This document shows positions 1-9,195 of a stretch of DNA of 64,000 bases, piece after piece. The notes under the pieces were generated by a model. That model was given only the letters and a program-made list of their open reading frames with translations, was not told the DNA's origin and searched no databases. Both the position numbers and the translations under genes were made by a program. Positions within the stretch are counted from its first letter, which is position 1. Every line of letters starts with the position of its first letter. The stretch spans positions 704,001-768,000 of the forward strand of contig CAVXWP010000008.1 of NCBI GenBank assembly GCA_963765495.1, in the 5' to 3' direction. Source of the DNA: Blastocatellia bacterium (GTDB taxonomy: Bacteria; Acidobacteriota; Blastocatellia; UBA7656).

Positions 1-706
1 GCCTCGCTTGCTGCCTGAAATGAACGAGGCCCTTGCCGCCTTCGCCGAAAAGGTGCTCAATGAGCGAGGCGTCGAGGTTCATACGAGCACAAGCGTGACC
101 GGCGTCAGCGAAGGCGGGCTCGAGATATCTACGAAAGAGAGTATCTCGACTCAGACGCTAATCTGGGCGGCCGGGGTGGCGCCAAATCCCTTGATTGCCC
201 ATCTTGATGTGGCAAGGGACAAACGCGGAAGAATACAGGTCAACGAGTATCTGGAAGTCGAGGGCAAACCTAATGTTTGGGCGCTTGGCGACTGCGCCAA
301 TATACCCGACCCAAAGACCGGCAAACCACGGCCGCCAACAGCACAACACGCTGTAAGGGAAGGCCGACGAGCAGCGCGCAATGTCGCTGCGTCTCTGGGG
401 TTGGGAGAGCGGGAGCCGTTTGAATACAGAACCATGGGGCAGATGGCCATCGTAGGCGAGCGCACAGGAGTTGCCGATATTATGGGACATCTCTTCTCAG
501 GCATCATCGCGTGGTTTTTGTGGCGCACTTATTACCTGATGCAGGTTCCACAACTTGAGAAACGTATTCGTGTAGTGCTGGATTGGACGCTCGACCTTTT
601 CTTTGAGCGTGACCTTGTACAACTTGCTGTATCAAGGGAACGGCGGCTTGTCGCTCCTTCCAAATCCGAAATCTATTCTGCGATGGCGAAGTCCACAGAT
701 AGATAG
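1..706 (+). CDS. ndh: Type II NADH dehydrogenase / FAD-dependent oxidoreductase, 5'-truncated by the window edge
   Basis: IWAAGV, VWALGD, PPTAQHA and the C-terminal WFLWRTYYL helix are typical of NDH-2. The frame is open at the window start. Confidence 0.85.
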   Translation, partial: PRLLPEMNEALAAFAEKVLNERGVEVHTSTSVTGVSEGGLEISTKESISTQTLIWAAGVAPNPLIAHLDVARDKRGRIQVNEYLEVEGKPNVWALGDCANIPDPKTGKPRPPTAQHAVREGRRAARNVAASLGLGEREPFEYRTMGQMAIVGERTGVADIMGHLFSGIIAWFLWRTYYLMQVPQLEKRIRVVLDWTLDLFFERDLVQLAVSRERRLVAPSKSEIYSAMAKSTDR

Positions 707-743
707 TAAAAAGCCGTTTTCAGCCCTTTTGAAGCCGCTCAAG

Positions 744-1151
744 TCACGCAATCGGCGTCGAGTCTTCACCGGGTCTTACAAGGGTAAGCCGGGTGGTTGG
801 TGAAGTGATAAGACGCTCGATGCCGGTTGGTTTTTCGATATAGATAAGTACGCGCCTGCCTGTCCTGATTCCTGAAAGATCCGACGTATTCTCCTTGCCT
901 CGCTCACCTGCCGACTCAATCAGATAGGCATCCACCTGTCGTATGCCCACGGCACCCCCGGTCAGACGGCCAAGCCTGCTGCTCGGATCGGTAACTATAA
1001 AACGATACACACTGTTGGCGGTCTCTATGATGACCCGGTCGTTTGGCATCAAGCTGTCGAATGCAATATGCCCCGCAATATCCCGATTGAAGATTGGGTG
1101 GGACCCGCTTTCGATTCCGCTACTGCATTGCATCGTGTTCATGTCCTTCAT
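744..1151 (-). CDS. Hypothetical protein (135 aa, beta-rich)
   Basis: ORF preceded by an AAAAGGA SD-like sequence and filling the gap between ndh and the response regulator. No family recognised. Confidence 0.6.
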   Translation of the reverse strand: MKDMNTMQCSSGIESGSHPIFNRDIAGHIAFDSLMPNDRVIIETANSVYRFIVTDPSSRLGRLTGGAVGIRQVDAYLIESAGERGKENTSDLSGIRTGRRVLIYIEKPTGIERLITSPTTRLTLVRPGEDSTPIA

Positions 1152-1186
1152 CCGTCCTTTTCTTGATCCGCCCTACATACCTATAG

Positions 1187-1218
1187 CCCCGGAGCGAACC
1201 ATTGGGCTCGCTCCGGGG
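1187..1218. other. 11-bp perfect GC-rich hairpin upstream of the 744..1151 gene
   Basis: CCCCGGAGCGA-N10-TCGCTCCGGGG. Confidence 0.55.
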
Positions 1219-1419
1219 TGCGAAGTGTCTCACCTGTGACAGTCCCCCCATCTGAAACCTAACTGTCGGTAAGACACAGGGCAACTGTTCCGCTCTCAGT
1301 GCCACTCTCTCAAACCAACGCCATTAGACCACGGATCAGAAAAGTTGACATCGGACTACAATCCCTTTTTTTCGGCCATCGCTGACTATTTTTATGATTT
1401 GAAAAATGGGAGGACAGAT

Positions 1420-1451
1420 CCGGTTGATTGGCACAATTGTGCCGCAACCGG
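1420..1451. terminator. Hairpin/palindrome just downstream of the response regulator gene (terminator or operator)
   Basis: CCGGTTG..GGCACAATTGTGCC..CAACCGG, with a perfect 14-bp palindromic core and no clear U-tract. Confidence 0.35.
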
Positions 1452-1458
1452 GGGGGGA

Positions 1459-2145
1459 TTATTTCTGAGGAGGCGAGGCGAGGTCGTGCCTGTAGGCGTA
1501 GATCATGAGTTCTACGCGGTCAGACAGGTCGAGCTTGCCGAATATCGATGTGAGGTGATGGCGGACGGTTATGTCACTGATGAAGAGACGCTCTGCAATC
1601 TCTTTGTTCTTTAATCCTTCGCCAACAAGCCCGACCACTTCCCGCTCGCGTTTTGTCAGTGTGGTAATCTTCTCCGCCTCGGGGTCGGCTTTCTTGCTTT
1701 TTTTAGAGCGGGAAACCTGATTCAAAACACCAGCCATTGTCGAAGGATCGAGCCACGCATCACCGGAGTGAACTCTCTCGATAGCCTTGATGAGCACCTC
1801 TGCGGCCTTCACTTTTGGAACGAGCCCCATCGCGCCCAGGAGGACGGCCTCTCGATGCGCCTCCGGGTCTCGCGACCCGGTCAGAATTATCACTTTTGGA
1901 GAAGATGGAACAGCCAGCAAATCTGAAATTATTTCCATTCCGTTATCCTCTCCGAGATCCAGGTCGAGAAGGATTATGTCGGGCTGTGCGCTGTTTGCGA
2001 TTGTGAGCGCTTCCTCTCGATTACCCGCTTCACCCGCGATTGCCATCCCCTGCTGGCTTTGAATGATCATCCGCAAGCCTGCCCGTACGACCAGATGGTC
2101 GTCCACAAGCAGAACACTGATCGGTTTCATATTGGCTTCGGGCAT
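1459..2145 (-). CDS. NarL/FixJ-family DNA-binding response regulator (REC + LuxR HTH)
   Basis: VLLVDDH, phospho-Asp in IILLDL, LTKREREV...GLKNKEIAERLFIS..TVRHH. SD AAGGAG precedes the ATG at 2145. Confidence 0.95.
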   Translation of the reverse strand: MPEANMKPISVLLVDDHLVVRAGLRMIIQSQQGMAIAGEAGNREEALTIANSAQPDIILLDLDLGEDNGMEIISDLLAVPSSPKVIILTGSRDPEAHREAVLLGAMGLVPKVKAAEVLIKAIERVHSGDAWLDPSTMAGVLNQVSRSKKSKKADPEAEKITTLTKREREVVGLVGEGLKNKEIAERLFISDITVRHHLTSIFGKLDLSDRVELMIYAYRHDLASPPQK

Positions 2146-2365
2146 TCAACTCCTTCAGAGAGGCGCGGCACTGCTCGGTTCAAGTCGCTTCGGGCCATCC
2201 TGATTTTACTTCAAAGAGCAATTGATGAGCAATTTTTATTCGGAAAGGGAGCAAAATACGCTAAGATTTATCACTATCCAACATGGAAGCCTGGCCGGAA
2301 GACTGTTACTATGATGGACGCCCAGCCTGCAATGCGTCGTGATACCGCCCGCTCAAGGAAAGAAA

Positions 2366-3043
2366 ATGAAAACAATCGTTTTTTTCTCAGTTCTCGTTTT
2401 GATTTGCCTGTGCGTGCAAGCGAATTCTTTACAAACAAGACAGGAAGAGAGCCTTTCCTCTAATGTCCTTGTTCGTCAGGTAACATTAAAGGAACCCTTC
2501 TATCCAACAGCCGGTTCCGCCTTTGTCAGTTCGCTGGCAAGTGCTGGCGTTGCGGGAGGGATAGTCAGGATTCTTGATTGCGGAGAAGAGCCCCGAGATG
2601 GGATGGGATACTTACCCCCATGCTATCTTCAGGAAATGCTCGACAGGATAGTCGGGCTAGCTCCCGATTACCACTGGGAGATTCAAGATGAGGTGGTGAA
2701 TTTCCTGCCAATACAGGATGAACCGCCCTTGCTCAAGGTCCGGGTTAATAGTTTCACACTGAAGGATGCGCCATCAGTAGATGTTGCGCTAAACAAACTC
2801 TATTCGCTTCCGCAGGTGAAAAAGGCGGTCAACGATCTTCAACTGACCTATGGGGTGGTTATTATTTCCAGGTTGAGCACTCCTAATGCCGCCCCTCCGA
2901 AGTACACCATAGAATGCAATGATGTAACGGTGCGCGAAGTCCTCAACGCCATTGCGCGTGCTCACGGTCGAGCCGTCTGGGAATATAAAGAGCGCCGGTG
3001 TAATGGAAAAACTGTGCTCACAATTCAATTCATTGTTCAATAG
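2366..3043 (+). CDS. Secreted hypothetical protein
   Basis: SD AAGGA, then signal peptide MKTIVFFSVLVLICLCVQA. Start moved from 2339 to ATG 2366. Confidence 0.7.
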   Translation: MKTIVFFSVLVLICLCVQANSLQTRQEESLSSNVLVRQVTLKEPFYPTAGSAFVSSLASAGVAGGIVRILDCGEEPRDGMGYLPPCYLQEMLDRIVGLAPDYHWEIQDEVVNFLPIQDEPPLLKVRVNSFTLKDAPSVDVALNKLYSLPQVKKAVNDLQLTYGVVIISRLSTPNAAPPKYTIECNDVTVREVLNAIARAHGRAVWEYKERRCNGKTVLTIQFIVQ

Positions 3044-3090
3044 TTGGCCGCGAGCCCAATTGCAGATTAATTTAAACGAAAGGCGAGTGG

Positions 3091-3166
3091 GAATAGGCCG
3101 CATCCGCGTCCGTCCCGGCCTATTTTCAGTTCCCTTCTCTGCATTTTGGAAAACTAAATGGCCCTG
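3091..3166. repeat. Composite intergenic repeat, copy 1 (collapsed hairpin plus 21-mer)
   Basis: 23 nt (3102-3124) are identical to 33325-33347. The 21-mer at 3146-3166 matches 24363 and 33369. Confidence 0.8.
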
Positions 3167-3247
3167 CTAACAGGTCTACTCAGATACCTATTAGTGCGCT
3201 TCCTGCTTTCAAAATGCGTCTCTGGCCGTGTAGAATATCTCTCTATT

Positions 3248-4081
3248 ATGGCGGCCACGATAAAGCCCTTTAAGATCGGAGACATTGAGATCGGCAACGG
3301 AGAGTTGTTTCTGATTGCCGGGCCTTGTGTTGTCGAAAGCGAATCGCATGCGCTCAAAATGGCTGCATCCATCCGCGCTGTTACAGATCGGCTCGGCATT
3401 CCCTACATCTATAAATCGTCCTATGACAAGGCCAACCGCACCTCTGTGCATTCGCATCGCGGTCCCGGAATGGAAGAAGCGCTTCAGATACTGGCGCGCG
3501 TGCGAAGGGATGTCGGGCTTCCGATTTTAACGGATGTGCACGATGTGAGTCAGGTTCAAGCCGCCGCCGAGGTTGCCGATGTCTTGCAGATTCCCGCGTT
3601 TCTTTGCCGACAAACAGACCTGATACTCGAAGCGGCCCGCTCAGGCCGGGCTGTAAACATCAAGAAGGGGCAGTTTCTGGCCCCCAACGATATGAAGAAC
3701 GCCATCGAGAAGGCGACATCACAGGGGAATCACTCGGTAATTGTCACCGAGCGCGGCACAAGCTTTGGCTATAACAATCTTGTAGTCGATTTTCGCGGCT
3801 TTCCCATAATGAGGGAATTCGGCTACCCGGTGGTCTATGATGTGACGCACAGTCTTCAGAGGCCGGGAGGGCTCGGAAACAGCAGCGGAGGCGATTCCCA
3901 GTTCATTGAATACATGGCACGCGCAGGCGTGGCCTGCGGAGTGGACGGCGTTTTCATGGAGGTGCATGATAACCCGGCTGAGGCTAAATCGGATGGACCC
4001 AACAGCCTGCCGCTCGAACGCCTCGCCCCCTTGCTTGAAAGGATCAAGGCCATTCACCAGCTTGTGCGAGAAGATTTATAG
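3248..4081 (+). CDS. kdsA: 3-deoxy-D-manno-octulosonate 8-phosphate (KDO8P) synthase
   Basis: LIAGPCVVES, YKSSYDKANRTS, QIPAFLCRQTDL, NIKKGQFLAP, ERGTSFGYNNLVVD, SDGPN. Start moved to ATG 3248. Confidence 0.97.
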   Translation: MAATIKPFKIGDIEIGNGELFLIAGPCVVESESHALKMAASIRAVTDRLGIPYIYKSSYDKANRTSVHSHRGPGMEEALQILARVRRDVGLPILTDVHDVSQVQAAAEVADVLQIPAFLCRQTDLILEAARSGRAVNIKKGQFLAPNDMKNAIEKATSQGNHSVIVTERGTSFGYNNLVVDFRGFPIMREFGYPVVYDVTHSLQRPGGLGNSSGGDSQFIEYMARAGVACGVDGVFMEVHDNPAEAKSDGPNSLPLERLAPLLERIKAIHQLVREDL

Positions 4082-4168
4082 CAGCGCCCGTGCTTGTATC
4101 CTCAATATATTTGTTTGGGCAGCAGTCTTTTTCTGCCCCTAAGCTTTCATCAAGGAATTTTTGCCGTA

Positions 4169-6550
4169 ATGTTGAAAAAGTTTTTGTTCGCCCTTTTGAT
4201 CACGTCATCGGTTGTCGCCACGGCGACGGCTCAGGAAGTCGAAGTTGATCGGTACAATATTACCGCTCGAATAGATTTAAACACGTCAACGCTTGAAACC
4301 AGGGCTGCGCTCACAGTTTCTAATCTCGGCCAGACACCAAAATCAAGACTCTACTTCAGACTGAATAAACTCGCCAAGGTCACATCGGCCACTGTCAACG
4401 GGGCCTCCGCAAAAGTGGATACAAGCGATGATCGACGCGTGACCGCTCTCTCTCAGGTGATAGTCACACCCGCAAGCCCGCTCGCCCCCGGAGCAAAGGC
4501 TACTGTCGAGATCAGCTACAATATTCAGGTACCGGAATCTACGGTACTTACGGCGGTTGATCCGGGCGAAGTAGTTATGACGCCCGATTCCGTGTGGTTT
4601 CCAATGCCTTCGACAATGTTTACTATCTATGGGGCAACGACAGCCCCCTTTACCTTGACCGTAACCGCTCCTTCGGGAATGAGGGCGGCATCCTCGGGCG
4701 CGTTCAAAAGTGAAGGCCAAAATATTTCGTTCGATCAAACTCTTAATTCACTTCCCTTCCTTATAGCCAGCGGTTTCGATCAACCGGAAAGCTCAGATCA
4801 AGGCGGCGTCAAGCTTGGTATCTTCGTGCAGCAGTCAGCCGATGCCGCAGAGACCGCAAAAGCCAACCCCGCAAGCACTCTCGCTCGCGAGCAGGTCGCG
4901 CGACTCAGAGATGAGAGCGGACATATCATAGCTTTTCTCACAAAGACACTCGGGCCTCCGCCAACAGGCGCGACCTTTAATATCATCTCGTCAGCCCGAC
5001 TTGGCTCACTGGCCGTTTCTGGCGCTGTAGTTTTAAGCGAACGCGTGTTTCGCCAGTCAACGCTCGATGCCGGAACCATCGAATTGTTAGCCGATGCGAT
5101 TGCGCGCTCGTGGATAGATGGGCGCGTTCGTCTGCGAGGTCAGGAGGCTCAAACCGACGACTCCGGTCGCCAGTCTCAAACCGCTCGCAGCTCCGCTCTT
5201 TTACGCGATTCTCTTCCGCGTTACCTCGCGGCCCTTTATATCGAGGATCATTACGGCAAGGAGGCGGGACAATTATCCTTCGCTCGAATGCGGTGGAGTT
5301 ATACGCCGATAGCCCAGGCCCATCGAGATGCCGAAATGGACATTCAGACGCCTCTGTTCCCTAGCTATGCGTCTGCGGTTTTCTCAAAAGGCCCGCTTGT
5401 GTTGAGGCTTCTGGCTCAGGCAGGTGGTCGCGAGAAGTTAATCGGCGCGGTCAAACAGGTGTTTGCCGGGCCGCAAACAAAGGTCGTCAACATCGAAGAT
5501 TTTCATGATGCGCTCGTAAAGGCGACTGGCCCCGATGTAGCAAAGCTCTATGAGCAGTGGGTCAACACAATAGTTGAGCCGGATATTTTAATAGGCATAC
5601 CCCTTCCCGGAGACAGTCCCGGCACACAAAAGGTCAATCTGCGCAACCTCGGCACTGGAGATTTAATTGTGCCGGTGCTTGCGGTCACAGCTTCGGGCAA
5701 ACAATTAACGGCGAATGCCTCCGTTCCGTCCGAAGATATAGCATCCATAAATTTTCAAACCTCTGAGAAGATTTCATGGGTCGAAGCGGACCCGGAAAAG
5801 CTACTAATCCAAACCGACTATGACAACGACAGAAAACCTGTGCAGTTATCGGAACAGACTGTTCTGGCCGAAAGCATCGCCGCCTTTAACAAAGGGGATT
5901 ACAAGGATGCCGAAAGCAAGCTGAGAGAAGGCATAAAAAATTATCCCGACAACCCGATGCTGCACGCCTGGTTTGCGAGGGCGCTTGCGGCTTCAAACAA
6001 GCCGGACGAGGCCGCCACAGAAGCGAACGCCGCGATAAAGATTACGCCTCCGATGGGTGCGGCTCTGACCTGGGCGCACATATCTCTGGGACAGATCGCC
6101 ATGACAAAAGCCCAGCCTGCTCAGGCAGTCGAATACCTGCGGCGAGCAGTCGCCGAAGCTGTCGAGGCTCCTGCTCAGTATGCATCACGTCAAGAACTGA
6201 TAAAGGCAGAACGGGCTGCCAACATCACTCCGCAAGTCGAAGAATCGCTGCGGACTTTTATAGCTCGACTCGATACCTTGATGAAGCAGCCATCTTCGGA
6301 CGAACTCTTCAAACTCATAAGTCGAAATAACATGAAGCAATTCGTACAGAGAGTGGCCGTCACTCCCCCCACTGCATGGACGACCGAAATCCTTCGCGTA
6401 GAATACCCCGATGCCAATCACGCAATCCTCGACGTAGGCCTGAAGGTAACAGCCGGTAACAGAAACCAATCCGGCACGGCTGTTTACATTCTTCACCGCG
6501 CGGGTTCCGGCTGGATGCTGGATGATGTGCAGTTGTTTAATGTCAATTAG
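4169..6550 (+). CDS. Exported M1 aminopeptidase-fold protein with TPR repeats; catalytic motifs absent
   Basis: Signal peptide, M1 N-terminal beta domain (YNITARID, ISYN, WFP), a degenerate zinc-motif region and C-terminal TPR-like helices. Confidence 0.75.
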   Translation: MLKKFLFALLITSSVVATATAQEVEVDRYNITARIDLNTSTLETRAALTVSNLGQTPKSRLYFRLNKLAKVTSATVNGASAKVDTSDDRRVTALSQVIVTPASPLAPGAKATVEISYNIQVPESTVLTAVDPGEVVMTPDSVWFPMPSTMFTIYGATTAPFTLTVTAPSGMRAASSGAFKSEGQNISFDQTLNSLPFLIASGFDQPESSDQGGVKLGIFVQQSADAAETAKANPASTLAREQVARLRDESGHIIAFLTKTLGPPPTGATFNIISSARLGSLAVSGAVVLSERVFRQSTLDAGTIELLADAIARSWIDGRVRLRGQEAQTDDSGRQSQTARSSALLRDSLPRYLAALYIEDHYGKEAGQLSFARMRWSYTPIAQAHRDAEMDIQTPLFPSYASAVFSKGPLVLRLLAQAGGREKLIGAVKQVFAGPQTKVVNIEDFHDALVKATGPDVAKLYEQWVNTIVEPDILIGIPLPGDSPGTQKVNLRNLGTGDLIVPVLAVTASGKQLTANASVPSEDIASINFQTSEKISWVEADPEKLLIQTDYDNDRKPVQLSEQTVLAESIAAFNKGDYKDAESKLREGIKNYPDNPMLHAWFARALAASNKPDEAATEANAAIKITPPMGAALTWAHISLGQIAMTKAQPAQAVEYLRRAVAEAVEAPAQYASRQELIKAERAANITPQVEESLRTFIARLDTLMKQPSSDELFKLISRNNMKQFVQRVAVTPPTAWTTEILRVEYPDANHAILDVGLKVTAGNRNQSGTAVYILHRAGSGWMLDDVQLFNVN

Positions 6551-7720
6551 ATGAAAAAAAACTCGGGCGCAATACTACTCGTTATCGCATTCTTTCTCAT
6601 CCTGGTTGCGCTCAATTTCTTCTTTTTTGTAGAGACGGGCGCACCCAAAGAGGATGAGCGTACCGGTAGCCGATCTTCTTACAGTTCTACTCCTTACGGC
6701 ACGCTCGCCTACTACACCCTGCTCGAAGAGAACGGATATCCGGTAATACGCCTCAAAGTTCCTTTCACCGACCTCAAGAAACATCCTGAGATTGACACAC
6801 TGATTATGATCTCTGTTCCGAATCAATCAAATCCCGAGGCAGACGAGTACAAGAGTCTGACCGAATGGGTTGAGGCGGGAGGGCGGCTAATAATCATTGA
6901 CCGCGAAATCGTTCTCGACTTCGATCAGGCGCAGGTGGCTACGCAGTGGGGCGGCTTTAAAACCGATGTGCGACCAATGCAACCGTCGCTTCTTACATTG
7001 GGGGTGAAAAATATTGAGCTGACCGAATATGCCACCCGGCTAAAGATTGAAAACGGCTCGGTTACCTACCATCTCGGATACGATGAAGGAGTGGTGCTGG
7101 CGGATATGAATTTAGGCGAAGGCCGCATAGTAATGCTCACAGAGCCCTTCATAGTAGCCAACAACGGAATTTCACACGCCGATAATGTGACCCTCGCGTT
7201 AAATCTGGTGGCGGGCGGCGGCGGCGGAGAGATCGCATTCGATGAATATCACCATGGCTACGGCGCATCGTCCTCGGGCGGCTTGATGGACTATTTTCGA
7301 GGCACACCCGTTCCGTGGATGATGGCTCAGGCAGGGCTGATGATTTTGCTGATCGTCTACACCTACGGTCGCAGATTCACCCGCCCGATCCCGTTAAGAC
7401 GCGAAAGGCGGACTACAAATCTGGAATTCGTCTCTTCGATGGGGAACATAGCCATGCTTGCCAACGCCACCGATCTTGCTATGCAGGGGATTTACACGGA
7501 ATTCAGGAAACGATTGTGCCGGTACTGCGGGCTTCCATCAAAGGTGGAGACGAGCAAACTCGCGGCAACAGCAGCCAGACGCTCGACGGTTGACGAAAGG
7601 GTTTTGAGAGATTTGCTTATGCGATGTGAACGGGTCGAGCGCGGCGCGCCTACGGGCGATGCCGAATTGCTGCGTCTGGTTTCGCGGATTCGCGAGATTG
7701 AAACCGCTCTTAAGCTTTGA
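6551..7720 (+). CDS. DUF4350-like membrane-anchored protein
   Basis: N-terminal TM, SSYSSTPYGTLAYY, WVEAGGRLII, GEGRIVML, IAFDEYHHG, TM followed by GRRF, EFVSSMG. Confidence 0.8.
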   Translation: MKKNSGAILLVIAFFLILVALNFFFFVETGAPKEDERTGSRSSYSSTPYGTLAYYTLLEENGYPVIRLKVPFTDLKKHPEIDTLIMISVPNQSNPEADEYKSLTEWVEAGGRLIIIDREIVLDFDQAQVATQWGGFKTDVRPMQPSLLTLGVKNIELTEYATRLKIENGSVTYHLGYDEGVVLADMNLGEGRIVMLTEPFIVANNGISHADNVTLALNLVAGGGGGEIAFDEYHHGYGASSSGGLMDYFRGTPVPWMMAQAGLMILLIVYTYGRRFTRPIPLRRERRTTNLEFVSSMGNIAMLANATDLAMQGIYTEFRKRLCRYCGLPSKVETSKLAATAARRSTVDERVLRDLLMRCERVERGAPTGDAELLRLVSRIREIETALKL

Positions 7721-7733
7721 GGGAAAGTTCTTT

Positions 7734-7830
7734 TGATTCGTGATTCGTGATCCGTGATTTTTTTCAGGAAGGCCCCAATTAAAAGGTCCTTGCAAGTCCG
7801 GTAAATCACACATCACGTTTCACGCATCAC
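7734..7830. repeat. Heptamer-repeat inverted element (CGTGATN-type arm and complementary TCACG arm) between convergent genes
   Basis: TGATTCGTGATTCGTGATCCGTGA ... ATCACACATCACGTTTCACGCATCAC. Related copies lie at 17228 and 49643. Confidence 0.75.
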
Positions 7831-7837
7831 CCTAAAC

Positions 7838-9016
7838 TTAGCGCTCAACGGCCACGGCAACCGCATTGCCTCCGCCAAGACACAGTGCCGCAAGCCCGCG
7901 CCGCACGTCGCGCCGCTGCATCTCGTAAAGCAATGTCACAAGAAGTCGCGCACCGCTGGCTCCAATTGGATGCCCAAGCGCGACAGCGCCACCGTTCACA
8001 TTCAACCTGGCAGGGTCCAGCCCTAACTCGCGTGTGATGGCAACGGCCTGTACGGCGAAGGCTTCGTTTAACTCTATCAAATCAACATCGGAAAGATTCC
8101 AGCCTGCGCGCTCAAGCGTCTTTTGGATTGCAATGACCGGGGCCATCATCACAAGTTTAGGCTCTATGCCGCTTGAAGCCTGCGCGATTATCCGAGCCAT
8201 CGGATTCCGTCCCAGCCTTCGGGCAGTCTCAGACGATGTGACGACGACGGCAGCGGCTCCGTCATTAACGGGAGGCGCGTTTCCTGCCGTCACTGTCCCG
8301 CCTTCTTTGAAGGCCGGTTTTAATCGAGCGAGCGCCTCAAGCGTTGTATCCTCCCTCGGAGTTTCGTCCTGACGGATTATGAGAGACGGGCCCTTTTTCT
8401 GAGGAATCTCAACAGGCACTATCTCATCATCAAATCGCCCCTCCTTCATCGCCGCTACTGCCTTGCGGTGCGAGTTCAGCGCGTACTCGTCCTGTTCTTC
8501 ACGCGATACGTCGTAGCGTTCGGCGACGACTTCTCCTGTGCACCCCATATGCCAGTCATCAAAGGCGCACCACAGACCGTCTCCAATCATCGAGTCAATC
8601 AACTCGCCATTGCCGAGCCTGTAACCCTCCCGCGCACCCTTTAGCAGGTACGGCGCGTTTGTCATTGATTCCATGCCGCCTGCGACCGCCAGTTCGATCT
8701 CCCCAACCTTGATCCCGTTTGAGGCAAGCATCACTGCTCTCAATCCCGACCCACACACCTTATTTATAGTCAACGCCGACACGGCATCGGGAATGCCTGC
8801 GCGCAAGGCAACCTGACGAGCGGGGTTCTGCCCGTTGCCTGCCTGCACTACGTTCCCCATGATGACTTCCTGGACTTCGGCAGAATCAATTCCCGCCCTC
8901 TCGATTGCGGCTCGCGCGGCTATGACGCCAAGGTCTATGGCGCTGAAACTCTTGAGCGCCCCCATAAGCTTTCCAACCGGCGTCCTCGCCCCTGATAGTA
9001 TTACCGTATCTTTCAT
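7838..9016 (-). CDS. Acetyl-CoA C-acetyltransferase (thiolase)
   Basis: [39 protein letters not shown] supports the start at 9016. Confidence 0.96.
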   Translation of the reverse strand: MKDTVILSGARTPVGKLMGALKSFSAIDLGVIAARAAIERAGIDSAEVQEVIMGNVVQAGNGQNPARQVALRAGIPDAVSALTINKVCGSGLRAVMLASNGIKVGEIELAVAGGMESMTNAPYLLKGAREGYRLGNGELIDSMIGDGLWCAFDDWHMGCTGEVVAERYDVSREEQDEYALNSHRKAVAAMKEGRFDDEIVPVEIPQKKGPSLIIRQDETPREDTTLEALARLKPAFKEGGTVTAGNAPPVNDGAAAVVVTSSETARRLGRNPMARIIAQASSGIEPKLVMMAPVIAIQKTLERAGWNLSDVDLIELNEAFAVQAVAITRELGLDPARLNVNGGAVALGHPIGASGARLLVTLLYEMQRRDVRRGLAALCLGGGNAVAVAVER

Positions 9017-9195
9017 GACATTTACCTCCAAAACATCGCGAGCCATTATCAAATATTTTCCAAATGCCCGAAATTCGATTATAGGAGTGGGGACCGGCCC
9101 GCGCAAGAACCGCTCCATTTGTCAAACCCGGGTCTCGGTGATAAACTTCAAAGACTCTTGGAACGACTAAAACCGAACAGGAGTATAACTAACGA

